From Salinispira sp. (lineage in GTDB: Bacteria > Spirochaetota > Spirochaetia > DSM-27196 > Salinispiraceae), in contig CBDDDG010000001.1 in NCBI GenBank assembly GCA_965226555.1, positions 32,001 to 96,000 of the forward strand: DNA of 64,000 nt. The letters run 5' to 3'. The notes under the pieces were generated by a model that had not been told where the DNA came from, made no database searches, and worked only from the letters and a program-made list of their open reading frames with translations. Position numbers and translations under genes: made by a program. Numbering within the stretch: position 1 is the stretch's first letter; each line of letters starts with the position of its first letter. Positions 21,601 to 32,009 of this stretch are shown here, in pieces.

Positions 21601-21950
21601 CGAAGGAGCGCGCCGTCAACAACGCCATTCATCCGTATTATCTGCTGTATGTGCGCGACAGCGGCGAGGTGTATTGCAATTATGCCAATGCCAAGGAGGT
21701 CATGAGTTTGTTTGGCGCGCTCTGCCGAAATGTACGGGAACCCATTGCCCGCCTGTGCCGCGAAGTGAGGATTGAAACCGACTCTTCGCCCTATAATGAA
21801 CTGGCAAAAAAAGCGATTAGCGCTGTGCTGAAAGGACACCAGAATGCCGACATGGCACATCTGCGAAAAGGACAACTGGCAACGAGGGAGAAGCACAAAC
21901 CCACATCGGCAGATGACTTTGAACTTATTACCTGGTTGATTATCACATAA
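18660..21950 (+). CDS. PLD-nuclease + SNF2/SF2 helicase fusion
   Basis: LHGKMY..GSSNFT (PLD); ADSVGLGKT, DESH, LSATP, SEGQNLQ, QRFGRIDR. Confidence 0.9.
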   Translation: MSGRILDNRKRRVGDFLRENIVGGTSLDIVSAYFSIYAYEALQSELAGIDSLRFLFGDPASVNTVDPQDGQAAAFSLNDEGIALENVLRKKPVAASCAKWIRNKAELRTIRRANFLHGKMYSCAPPGGPRAAVMGSSNFTARGLGFTRNSNIELNMQVDDAACAELSEWFEELWNSPDVRDAKQEVLEALEKLTKDYAPADLYFKSLLHIFQEKLEDRRDREKLIGDTNLFDTDIWKHLYEFQRHGVTGAINRLEDYGGCIIADSVGLGKTFEALAIIKFYELRGKRVLVLCPKRLSANWLLYPAAEAQKGNPFLRDNFSYTCLAHTDLTRKTGAAGNVHELGQLNWGIFDVVVIDESHNFRRDSRDSYNEQTGKWRLSRYDNLLRRIIAKSDSRNAKVLMLSATPVNTSLLDLKNQVYVITNRKDDSFRENLGIGNIKTLFHQAARDVEKCGNNKTKILRALDGDFMRLLDALSIARSRRHVKEYYPQFIKEYGDFPVHDPPQNVYASTDSEKILSYKDMSSRIGEFNLAIYNPSEFVKDTRTLEETRKQTKMDQRDRERYLISMMRVNFMKRLESSVYSFCLTLKRIIGKMDEQIRKIHEFQDRDRDSAVNNTADAEDFNDEDEWSIGEGERKYHLRDLNADEWLTAITRDRETLRGALARAEQVTPERDEKLRRLRDILTQKIEHPTLDKNGRPNRKVLIFTSYSDTAEYVYTNLDSLRDRHSVNMARVAGGDKTSSSAGSGKFIDILNAFSPRARNAEAHGGEIDILIGTDCISEGQNLQDCDMVVNYDIHWNPVRIVQRFGRIDRLGSQNKSVRMVNFWPTADLDSYLNLKSRVLHRMILSDITASGGGYALDASSNTREENPALQRELDFRAEQLRRLTEEVLNLDDMEDGLSMSDLTLDDFLAELMAYLEANREKLEAIPNGVYAVADSTAKSGRSPSNPRGSRSPGSPGSPGADKAAQPGVIFCLRQRNADTAKERAVNNAIHPYYLLYVRDSGEVYCNYANAKEVMSLFGALCRNVREPIARLCREVRIETDSSPYNELAKKAISAVLKGHQNADMAHLRKGQLATREKHKPTSADDFELITWLIIT

Positions 21951-24900
21951 CAAAAAAATAACGAGAGAATAACGAGAGAATAACGGAAAAATAGCGCGAA
22001 CGCAGAGGAAAGAAGACGAATGGAAGATCGGGAAGAAATACAAATACGAAAGCGCAAAATTGTGAATGCGCTGAAAGAACTGGCGGCAGCTCCGCGGCTG
22101 CATGACTCCGCCCGCGCCTTTTATGCCGCAATGGGCTATGAAAGCGATATTCAGCCCGAATTGCCCAATGATAGCCCTGAGGTGTTCTTTCAGGAATTCC
22201 TGCCTGTTAACAATTCCTTCGGCATTTCAAGCGGAGAGCAGACCCAGAAGACCCGGAGCGAAAAGGAGACCACTGAGGCCATTCGGTCTCTGCGCATTGT
22301 TTTTCAACTGGGGGCTGAACACATAACAGAGCACATAACAGAGCAGTCTGCCCTTCCAACACTTCCCGCGCATTCTCCGGCGAATACATTTACGGCCGGG
22401 CGGCATACATCTTTTTTGTTTATTGCGGCAGATCTGAAAGATACGGCGCATTCAACCTATTCCCGCAGCAGGTATGCGAATATGACCCGGGAAATAAGCA
22501 GGCGTTTTCCAATGCCGGTTTTTGTTCTTTTCCGCTGCGGCAGGTTTGTTTCGCTGGCCTTTGCCGATCGCCGCGACAGCAGGAGGCCGGGAGATAATGA
22601 TCGGGAAGTGCTGGGCAAAGTGTCTCTGGCGCGTGAAATTGATTGTCAGAATCCTCATGCGGGACATATTCACATTCTCGCTGCCCTGTCTCTGCCATCC
22701 CGCCTGAAATGGATACAGAGCAATAAGGAACAGCAGGATTTTGAGGGTCTGCGCAGGGCCCTGCTCAGCGAACTGAATTCCGAGGAGCTGAACAAAAGGT
22801 TTTACAATGACCTCTTTGCGTGGTTTGAATGGGCGAGTCAGGAGGCGCGGTTCCCGCAGCGGCAGCATTACACACAGCCTGTTGAAAGACACATTATTCG
22901 CCTTATTACCCGCATGCTATTTATTTGGTTTCTGAAAGAAAAAAACCTTGTTGCCAATGAATTATTCACCCAAACATCCGCCGCGCAACTGCTCAAAAAC
23001 TTTGATATTGAGCATGGCGCCGATTTTTACCGGGCCATTTTGCAGAATTTGTTTTTTGCCGTCCTCAACACCGAAATTGGCCAGCGCGCATTCAGCGAAA
23101 AATCGAACAACACACACCGCAATTTTAATTGTTACCGCTATGCCGATTTACTGAATGACGGGAAAGAATTGCGCCGTTTAATGGACAGAACGCCCTTTAT
23201 TAATGGGGGCTTGTTCGATTGTCTGGACAGCATAGATGCAACGGGCGACGGCGGCTACCGTCTGGACTGCTTTACCGACAACAAGGAGCATCGCAAAAAT
23301 TTATGTGTCCCCGACAAGTTGTTTTTTGACCCCGAGCGCGGGCTCCTGCCCTTATTCAGCAAATACAAATTCACGGTGGAAGAAAACACACCCATTGATC
23401 AGGATGTGGCATTAGACCCCGAGCTGCTGGGCAGGGTTTTTGAGAACCTGCTCGCCGCCTGTGTGCCGGAAACACACGAAAACGCCCGCAAGAAAACAGG
23501 TTCCTATTACACGCCTCGCGCGGTTGTCGATTACATGGTCAATGAATCGCTCCTTGCGTATGTATCTGAAAATGTCAGTCCTGAAGATGGGGACGCGGCT
23601 TTCTGGCAGGATCGGCTCAGGTATCTGTTAGATTATGCGGATGCCTTTAACGATGCGCAGGGCTTATTTAAAAAGCAGGAGAGGGAGGACATTGTGCATG
23701 CCATTGCCGATGTTAAGACGCTCGACCCGGCGGTCGGCAGCGGCGCCTTCCCCATGGGTATGCTGCATAAACTGGTTCTGGTGTTGTCGAGGTTGGATGA
23801 TGATAATGCGCTATGGCGGAACATACAAAAGGAGAGAGCAAAACAGCGCGCGGCAGATGCCTTTGACCACGAAACCAATGCGCAGCAACGCCGGGAACGC
23901 CTGCAGGAAATTAACGATACGTTTGAAAGCTACTCCTCCGATTTCGGGCGCAAACTTCTTCTTATTCAAAACAGCATTTTCGGGGTGGATATTCAACCGG
24001 TGGCATGCCAAATTGCCAAACTGCGGGTATTCATTTCTCTGGTAATTGAGCAGGAAGCAAGCACCAACAAAAACGAAAACTACGGCATTAAACCCCTTCC
24101 CAATTTGGAGACGCGCTTTGTGGCTGCCAATTCACTTCTGGGGCTGGGCCAAAAGAACGAAGCTTTTGATCTTATTGGCAATGAGGGAAAGAACATTCAA
24201 AAGGAACTCAAAAACATTATGGAGCGCCACTTTAACGCGCATACGCGGCGGGAAAAGTTGAAATACATTGCGCAGTTTAAGGAAAAACAAAGGGCGCTCG
24301 CCAACGAATTGAAAGAAATTGGGTTTGGAAAATATGAGGCAGACAAAATTGCCCAGTGGAATCCCTACGATCTCAGCAGCCCCGCCGACTGGTTTGACCC
24401 TGAATATATGTTTGGCGAAAAAGATGGCTTCGACATTGTCATTGGCAACCCGCCATATGTGCGGCAGGAGCGTATTACAGAATACAAACCACAATTCAGG
24501 AAAATCTACGAAGATACCTATGCAGGCACTGCCGATATGTATGTGTATTTTTATGAAGCGGGCATGAAACTTCTCAACAGCAGGGGACATCTCTGCTACA
24601 TTACTTCAAATAAATGGATGCGGGCAAAGTACGGAGAAAAACTCCGCCATTTTCTGAAGAAAAAGGCTCACATTGAACAAATTATTGATTTTGGAGGCCA
24701 GCAAATTTTTGAGGCTACCGTCGACACCAACATTCTCCTCTGCTGCAAAAGCACTGTCCACGCATCCCCCCATTTTTCCTACGGCTCCCACCTGCCCGCC
24801 CCGAAGCGCCCGCTGTACACCATGCCGCATACTGATCTGGACGCCACAGCCTACATTCTGCAACCGCCACCTGTTCTTGCCCTCAAAAAGAAAATAGAAG

Positions 24901-25372
24901 CAGTGGGTACGCCCCTGAAAGAGTGGGATGTAAATATTTATTTTGGTATTAAGACAGGCTATAACGAAGCCTTTATTATTGACACCGCCACACGCGATGA
25001 GCTCATTGCCCAAGATCCGAAAAGCGCGGAAATTATAAAACCCATTTTACGGGGGAGAGATATTCAAGCCTATGAAGCTCATTGGGCGGGACTGTGGATC
25101 ATTGCAACATTCCCCGTTCTGAACATAAACATTGATAATTATGTTGCCGTTAAAAATCATTTATTGACCTTTGGTAAAAATCGTCTGGAACAATCGGGGA
25201 TGACAACTAATGGCATAAAAGCCCGTAAAAAGACACATAATAAATGGTTTGAGACACAGGACCAAATTGCTTACTACCCTGAATTTGAGAAAGAAAAAAT
25301 TGCATGGCAAAGGGTTACGCAAGAACCTATGTTTTGTTTAGTTGAGCCAAATATTTATATCCAAGATAGTAT

Positions 25373-26825
25373 GAGACCATTGCATAATCCATGGTTTTAT
25401 TGATGTAGGGAAGGATGATAAAAAATTTGAGATAAAGTGATGGGATGATGCGGGAAAAACGGGGTGATAACACCATCTGAGTGCCTGCAAAGGATCGCAT
25501 TTCGCTCATTTTCGACCGTTTCTCCGCTGGTTTTCGTCTTTCGGGCGTCTGTTGCCGGTCGGCTTCTGCCGTTTGTCCCGAATGCGGTCGCTAAGCCGCC
25601 CATTTTCCCTGTTTCTGCAATTCCAAAATCTTCGGTACCCGTTTCAAATTATACGCAATAGCAGACAACAGATGTTGCGTATGCGCTTTTGCTATCCCGA
25701 CATAGCGGGTTCTCCCCCCGCCAAACCATTGGTGCATTCCTCCGAATGTGCGTTCTATTTTGTACCGTCCGCGCTGTATCTCTTTGTTCCTCAGTTTCTG
25801 CTCCGCGGTCAATTGCTTCTTCTTCTCACCCTTCTTCGCTCTGGCTACCTTCCACATAATGCCGTCTTTCAGCTTTCTCTTCTTCAGCGCCGCTCGGTTC
25901 TTCGTGCTTGTATATCCTTTGTCCGCCTGCACTTCTACGTTCTCATCCAATTGCCCCTTATCGAGTAGCGTTTCAAACACCGTACTGTCATGGACATTCG
26001 CCGGGGTGGTCTCGACCGCTACCATAAGCCCATTGTCATCGGCAAGACAATGCTTCTTCGCTCCAAAATGAAATTCCCCATTCTTTTTCGTCCACCTCAT
26101 ATCGGTATCTACTCTGTCCGCAAACTTCTCCGGTTCCCGCTCTAAGGATTTATTATCCGATTGAGCGCATTCATCACTGTCTGTGCGATCAACGATCCCG
26201 CGGGGTTTTCTCGGACTTCTGGTAATGCTCGCATCAACTTTAACCGCTTTCTTAATCATAATCCCCCGCGTTTCAAGCTGTCGGTTTATTTCATTAAGCA
26301 GTCGGTCAAAGATTCCCGCTTTCGTCATGGCTGTGCGAAAACGGCTGAGAACACTGTGATCCGGCACATCATCTTCCACAATAAGACCGCAGAAATTCGA
26401 TGCTCCCATGCTGTCATTCACCATATCTTCCACACCATAATCGCTGAGATCATTCCACATTCCCAATAGAAGCATTTTGAACAGCAGCAGGCCAGGGTAG
26501 GCAGCCCTGCCGACCGCGCTGCTTCCTCGGGTATCGTGTTCTGTAATAATTTCCTCAATGGGCTTCCAGTCGATAATCTGGTCAATTTTCCGATAGAAGG
26601 TGTTTTTCCGTGTACGTCTTTCCATACTGTCTGCGACAAATGACATAGTGTGCTCCTGAGATTTGATCATGGTAAGGATCATAACATATATATGAGGACT
26701 GATTACAGCCAGAAAGCAAAAAATCGAAAGAAAAATTCAAAAAAGTTCATATGGGATGTTGACACTCTGGATAAATGAACGGTACTATAATATCACCGAT
26801 GAGACTGTTGCCATGCAATGATCTC
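25373..26825 (-). mobile_element. IS5-family element (IS1106/IS1126-like ends)
   Basis: IR GAGACCATTGCA / TGCAATGATCTC; 5-bp target duplication AGTAT. Confidence 0.92.
25591..26646 (-). CDS. IS5 transposase
   Basis: GRAAYP..LSD..PDHSVLSRFR, VDAS, QADKGY, RYKIERTFG. Confidence 0.92.
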   Translation of the reverse strand: MSFVADSMERRTRKNTFYRKIDQIIDWKPIEEIITEHDTRGSSAVGRAAYPGLLLFKMLLLGMWNDLSDYGVEDMVNDSMGASNFCGLIVEDDVPDHSVLSRFRTAMTKAGIFDRLLNEINRQLETRGIMIKKAVKVDASITRSPRKPRGIVDRTDSDECAQSDNKSLEREPEKFADRVDTDMRWTKKNGEFHFGAKKHCLADDNGLMVAVETTPANVHDSTVFETLLDKGQLDENVEVQADKGYTSTKNRAALKKRKLKDGIMWKVARAKKGEKKKQLTAEQKLRNKEIQRGRYKIERTFGGMHQWFGGGRTRYVGIAKAHTQHLLSAIAYNLKRVPKILELQKQGKWAA

Positions 26826-27215
26826 AGTATGGCATTTATTACTACAAGGCAAAATGTACGGTATTTAATAGCCGTCCTTAACTCTCAATTAATTAAAGCC
26901 TTGGTTGAAATGTTTGTACATAAATATGGCGATTCAGGTTATCTACTATCTAATCAATATGTAGAACGCCTCCCCATTCCACAAATTCCCGAGGAAGCGC
27001 AGCAGCCGTTTATTCATCTGGCTAATGAAATAATTGCGGGCAAACAAAACAACACCAACACCACAGCCTTAGAGCAGGAAATAAACACGCTCGTTTATGC
27101 CCTGTACGAACTGACGGATGATGAAATAGCCATAGTGGAAAAAGTAGCAAAACAGCAAAGACATTAACCCGCATTTCTCACCAATATTGATCTTATGCTG
27201 GGGATGTAAGATAAT

Positions 27216-27240
27216 GAGACTGTTGCCGGGCAATAATCTC
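27216..27240. mobile_element. 25-bp micro-element made of two abutted IS5-type ends
   Basis: GAGACTGTTGC-CGG-GCAATAATCTC flanked by TAAT/TAAT. Confidence 0.65.
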
Positions 27241-27248
27241 TAATTATA

Positions 27249-28588
27249 GAAACCTTTGCACATCATCGGGAATAATGGTATTTTGAAGAAAATTCACACA
27301 GAGAGCTGGGAATGAGCAATCGGGTTGTATTGTGCGCTGTCCGGCGCTGAAACAGGAGAACGCAATGGGAAATAATTGGAAAGAACATCATGGATCGCTG
27401 ATCAATCAGGGTATTCAGGAAAGTAAAGCGCTGAAACGCTTCGATAGTCTGTATGAACTGATCAATTGGAAGGAAATTGGGGAGATGCTCTGTGCTATCA
27501 ACAACAAATCGATGGGCGCGAAAGGATATCATCCGGTTATGATGTTCAAAGTGCTGTTGCTGCAATCGTGGCAGAATCTCAGCGATGAAGGCATGGAAAA
27601 TGCGCTTGCCTGCGACTTGGCATACAAGCGTTTTGTGGGGCTCAATGTTCTCGATGATACTCCCGATCATTCCACGATATGGCGGTTTCGGGAACAACTG
27701 ACCCGTAAGAATATTCTCAGCGCGCTCTTGGACACGGTGAATGCGCAGTTGGACACGCAGGATTGTGAAGTGCACCGGGGCACAGTCAGCATAATTGATG
27801 CGAGTGTCATACAGGCTTCGCGGCATCGGAAGAAAAAAAATGACGCAGGAGAATCGACACAGGATCCTGAAGCGGCCTACGCGAGTAAGAGGGGAGGCGA
27901 TGGAACGGTACGAACAACCTACGGTTTCAAGATACACGTGACGGTAAATGAGAAGGGACGGGCGAAGAAACTGCTGGTGACTGCGGCCAATATTCATGAC
28001 AGCAAACTATTTGGCGAATTGATTATGGGAAATGAGACGGTGGTGTACGCGGATGCCGCGTACCGGAGTAAAGCGATTGCTGCGATGCTTGAGGAGATGG
28101 GCATAGAGAATCAGATACATGAGCGGGCGTATCGGAACACACCGTTAACCGATGAACAGAAGCAGGCGAATTACGGGCGGTCGCGCGTAAGGAATACGGT
28201 GGAGCGGTTTTTTGGTCTGAGCAAACTCCATTGCGGCGCAAGAAAGGCGCGGTATATGGGAGTTCAGAGGAATCAGAGTCGGTTTATGTGTATGGCGATT
28301 ATGTATAATCTGAAACAGATGATCGGCATGAAACGGCGAATGGGGAACATGGCGCTGGAAAACTCTGCGGTTGCGGCATAACAACAGGATAGCTGTGCCC
28401 TTATGGCGGTACTGCTGCCGGAAATGAGGGAAATACTGAAAAAAGATGAAAAAAAGAACGAATATAGCGCGTATCGCGCCGAAAAAAGACGGAGGATGCT
28501 GAAGAGAATAACGTGAAAAACGATGAATAATTTTTTCTGCGTGGAAAAAAGACTACCGGCAGATATAATGGAGTTATTCAAAGGTTTC
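27249..28588 (+). mobile_element. IS5-family element (second type)
   Basis: IR GAAACCTTTG / CAAAGGTTTC; 5-bp target duplication TTATA. Confidence 0.92.
27365..28381 (+). CDS. IS5 transposase
   Basis: PDHSTIWRFRE, IIDAS, YADAAY, RNTVERFFG; AGGAG RBS. Confidence 0.92.
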   Translation: MGNNWKEHHGSLINQGIQESKALKRFDSLYELINWKEIGEMLCAINNKSMGAKGYHPVMMFKVLLLQSWQNLSDEGMENALACDLAYKRFVGLNVLDDTPDHSTIWRFREQLTRKNILSALLDTVNAQLDTQDCEVHRGTVSIIDASVIQASRHRKKKNDAGESTQDPEAAYASKRGGDGTVRTTYGFKIHVTVNEKGRAKKLLVTAANIHDSKLFGELIMGNETVVYADAAYRSKAIAAMLEEMGIENQIHERAYRNTPLTDEQKQANYGRSRVRNTVERFFGLSKLHCGARKARYMGVQRNQSRFMCMAIMYNLKQMIGMKRRMGNMALENSAVAA

Positions 28589-28679
28589 TTATAATATTCT
28601 GCGTATTCTACTACCGACGGGGACTCCCGCTGGCTACAGTGACGCAGGCAAAACCGCAGACGTATGGAGGAAATTCGCC

Positions 28680-30683
28680 GTGAATTTGCAGAATGATAAA
28701 TCAGAACAAGAAAAGATCACGACCTTGGACGATTATGCCAACTGGCTAAAACAATTTCAAACCGAACAATTGAAAGGAGATTATGTGTTCAGGGGGCTTG
28801 CTCGTTCAGATTATAAACTTGAATCCTCAGCTTACCGCCGATTGAAGCTGGAACTGGAGCTGGATGAGGGAGATTTTGTATTTCAAAAATTGTTGGAGTA
28901 TAATAAAAATTTGTTACAAGATGCCCGATTTGCGGGCCATGGTGTCCAAGATGGCAGGGAAATACCTGATTTGGAACTTCTTGCAGAGCTCCAGCATTAT
29001 GGAGCTGCAACCTGCTTTATCGATTTTACCTACAATGCTTATGTTGCTCTCTGGTTTGCCTGTAAGGATGAGGGAGATGAGGATGATGGCAAGGTTGTTG
29101 TGACACAAATCAAAACTGATAAGTTTCGTAAAGTTAAATCATTAAAGCAAGAGTTAAGTGCTTTTTTTCAGAACAAATCCCAGAACATCGGGGAGTATTC
29201 CTTGCCTCCCCAAAGAGACAATAAACCCATCTCTTATCACTGGACTCCGCCGGTCATGCAAAACAACCGCATACTTGCTCAGAATTCTGTATTTATCTTT
29301 GGTGCTGGTAGTATCAGCATTATTTCAACATGTATAATCGAAAAAGAAAGCAAATCTGAACTTCGGAGAAAACTCAAATCGATAATGGGCCTTACCGAGA
29401 ACAGCATCTTTCCAGATTTTGCAGGCTTTGCTCGGTCTAATGCACATGACGCACACTATGCCCATGATTTACTGCACTATTTTGCACGTGCTAGGAGATC
29501 GTACATGAGTGGACAATTAGATAATGCCATTGAACAGTACACTCAAGTAATAAACCTCAATCCTGATCATGCTGAGGCCTATTACAATCGCGGTTGTGCT
29601 TATGCTGATAAAGGCAAATATGACAAAGCCATTGAAGATTGTACTAGAGCAATAGAACTTGACCCCAACGTTGCTGGGTATTATAACACCCGTGGTAATT
29701 GTTATAATTATCAGGGTAAATATGACATGGCCATTGAAGATTACAGCAAGGCAATAGAATTTCAACCCAATTTTGCACCTGCCTATGGCAGTCGTGGAAA
29801 TGCTCATCTTGCCAAAGGTAAATACGATAAAGCCATTGAAGATTGTACTAGAGCAATAGAACTTGACCCCAACGTTGCTTGGTATTATAACACCCGTGGT
29901 AATTGTTATCAGGGTAAATATGACAAAGCCATTGAAGATTTCAGCAAGGTAATAGAACTTCAACCCAATTTTGCACCTGCCTATGGCAGTCGTGGAAATG
30001 TTTATTTGTTCACAGGTGAACGCGGTAAAGCCATTGAAGATTTTAGTAAGCAAATAAAATTAAGACCTCATGATGCAATGGCCTACTTTAATCGTGGTAA
30101 TGCTTATCTTATTACTCGTAAGTTAGAAGAATCCATTGCAGATTATACTAGAGCAATAGAACTTCGACCCAATTTTGCATCTGCCTACAGCAGTCGTGGA
30201 AATGCTCATTTTGTCAAAGGTGAACGCGGTAAAGCCATTGAAGATTACAGCAAGGCAATAGAGCTTGACCCCAACGTTGCTTGGTATTATAACGCCCGTG
30301 GTAATTGTTATAATTATCAGGGTAAATATGACATGGCTATTGAAGATTACAGCAGGGAAATAGAACTTCGACCCAATCTTGCATCTGCCTACAGCAGTCG
30401 TGGAAATGTTCATTTTGTCAAAGGAAAATATGACAAAGCCATTGAAGATTTTACAATGGCAATAGAACTTGATCACACTCTTACTAATATCTATTACAAC
30501 CGAGGAACCGCATATCTCATTCTGCAGCAATGGTCCGAAGCCCGTGCCGATCTACACACCACCAAAGAGAAGAACATAAATTTTTCCAAGGAGTTCCATG
30601 ACAATTTTGGAAGCATAACAGCGTTTGAGAAGCAATACGACGTAACCCTGCCAGCCGATATCAAAAAACTTCTCGAAGAGTAA
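28680..30683 (+). CDS. FRG-domain protein with about 11 TPR repeats
   Basis: YVFRGL..LQHYGAATCFIDFT..ALWFAC..NRILAQNSVF; 34-aa TPR units. Confidence 0.9.
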   Translation: MNLQNDKSEQEKITTLDDYANWLKQFQTEQLKGDYVFRGLARSDYKLESSAYRRLKLELELDEGDFVFQKLLEYNKNLLQDARFAGHGVQDGREIPDLELLAELQHYGAATCFIDFTYNAYVALWFACKDEGDEDDGKVVVTQIKTDKFRKVKSLKQELSAFFQNKSQNIGEYSLPPQRDNKPISYHWTPPVMQNNRILAQNSVFIFGAGSISIISTCIIEKESKSELRRKLKSIMGLTENSIFPDFAGFARSNAHDAHYAHDLLHYFARARRSYMSGQLDNAIEQYTQVINLNPDHAEAYYNRGCAYADKGKYDKAIEDCTRAIELDPNVAGYYNTRGNCYNYQGKYDMAIEDYSKAIEFQPNFAPAYGSRGNAHLAKGKYDKAIEDCTRAIELDPNVAWYYNTRGNCYQGKYDKAIEDFSKVIELQPNFAPAYGSRGNVYLFTGERGKAIEDFSKQIKLRPHDAMAYFNRGNAYLITRKLEESIADYTRAIELRPNFASAYSSRGNAHFVKGERGKAIEDYSKAIELDPNVAWYYNARGNCYNYQGKYDMAIEDYSREIELRPNLASAYSSRGNVHFVKGKYDKAIEDFTMAIELDHTLTNIYYNRGTAYLILQQWSEARADLHTTKEKNINFSKEFHDNFGSITAFEKQYDVTLPADIKKLLEE

Positions 30684-31610
30684 GTCGGAAAGTAGATTAT
30701 TTGTAGAAATTCCCCGACAAATTTTTTGAGCATAATGAGGGTGTTCAAAGATCATCTGTTTTTTATCCAAGTTGAGCGCTCTCGCAATAGTTTTTTGTAT
30801 TGCAGTCACAAAAGGTTCAGCATTTTCAGATATTAGCCCCCGTGCCTTGGCTTCAGAAAACAACTTGCCCACTTCACCCTTTCCGTTTTTTCCCTTCGTG
30901 CCAACAAGAATTTGCAGAAACCGCTGTACAGTACTATGGGCTTTGGTTATGGCTTCTGCGTACTTTTTTTCGCGGTAATCCTCAAACATTCGCGCTAAAT
31001 CATTACTAACATCTTTCCATTGAGGATTTGCGAGAATCTGAATCGTTGGAACGTAAACATCCTCTGTGATTCTGTCATCTTGCCGTGGCACAAAACCGTT
31101 TCGGGTTAGCATTTGATTTACCACAAATTGTTCAAAAATGTGATTGAGAATCTTTGCAAAAGTATCAAATGTTTCGTAGGCTTGGGCAATGTATTCCTGC
31201 TGTTTCCCTTCATCGTTTTCTTTAACTGCCAAATTATAATACTGCTCGTTGATAAGATTTTTTGCAAATTTGCTCAGCATAAGGAGAACCCAATCTTCCG
31301 ATTCATACATGAAGATATTTTCAAAGTCTCTTTCGGCTGCTGCCGCAGGACTATCATTAATACTCTCAGTATAATTGCGTAATTCCCCGCCGGGAGATAT
31401 CCGCATAAAATGGTGATTCAGATACTCTATAGTTTGAATAATATTATCATAATCTATAAAAAAATTTTTTGATAAATAGAAAAATATCTCTTCCTTTTCC
31501 TCCCGCTCAAGAGCACCCCAATTCCGTATGGGCAGCCTTGGCTGAATGCGTTCTTCAATTTCTGGATTCCCTTCTCCATATAACAAAAATTTAGGAATTT
31601 TTCTACTCAT
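30552..31610 (-). CDS. AbiJ/Abi_C-like protein, probably C-terminally truncated or fused
   Basis: YAEAITKAHSTVQRFLQIL..VGKLFSEAK; the tail overlaps the convergent gene by 132 bp. Confidence 0.45.
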   Translation of the reverse strand: MSRKIPKFLLYGEGNPEIEERIQPRLPIRNWGALEREEKEEIFFYLSKNFFIDYDNIIQTIEYLNHHFMRISPGGELRNYTESINDSPAAAAERDFENIFMYESEDWVLLMLSKFAKNLINEQYYNLAVKENDEGKQQEYIAQAYETFDTFAKILNHIFEQFVVNQMLTRNGFVPRQDDRITEDVYVPTIQILANPQWKDVSNDLARMFEDYREKKYAEAITKAHSTVQRFLQILVGTKGKNGKGEVGKLFSEAKARGLISENAEPFVTAIQKTIARALNLDKKQMIFEHPHYAQKICRGISTNNLLSDLLFEKFFDIGWQGYVVLLLKRCYASKIVMELLGKIYVLLFGGV

Positions 31611-31679
31611 ACCAACCCCCGCCCACACTCATCCAATATTTCGGTATTCTATTCATACATAAAATATAACATATCTTTG

Positions 31680-31929
31680 CTACGACATTCTCTCCATATA
31701 CATCATTGCCGAAATGACCCCTCCGGCAGAGATCAGTTCCTCGTCACTGAAATTCTCAATGTTGACCTGATAATAGGGGGATATTGGAATACCCGAGTCA
31801 AAATATGATTGAAAATCTATTGTGCGGGGGTCAGGATCCATCATGTGCATGCCAGATTGCGCGTTTATCACAATCGTGATTATTCGGTAGTCGTTTTTAT
31901 CATCCTTCAATCGGGGAAGGCGTTCGTAT
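31680..31929 (-). pseudogene. Near-identical inverted copy of about 250 bp of the Rpn gene at 2321-2570
   Basis: Direct sequence match; KDDKNDYRIITIV..MYMERMS. Confidence 0.9.
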
Positions 31930-32009
31930 GCAAAACTTTCTTATGGTTAAATTCACACTGGCGTCAAAAAGGACTTGAAATTATTCAATTATAGTATGAT
32001 ATTATAAGC

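Larger units (their letters stand above)
22020..27167 (+). pseudogene. Type IIG (Eco57I/TaqI-like) restriction-modification adenine MTase interrupted by IS5
   Basis: GSYYTP, DPAVGSGAF, IGNPPY. Removing 25373-26830 restores ..YIQDSMAFITTRQ..YLIAVLNS..YELTDDEIAIVE. Confidence 0.9.
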
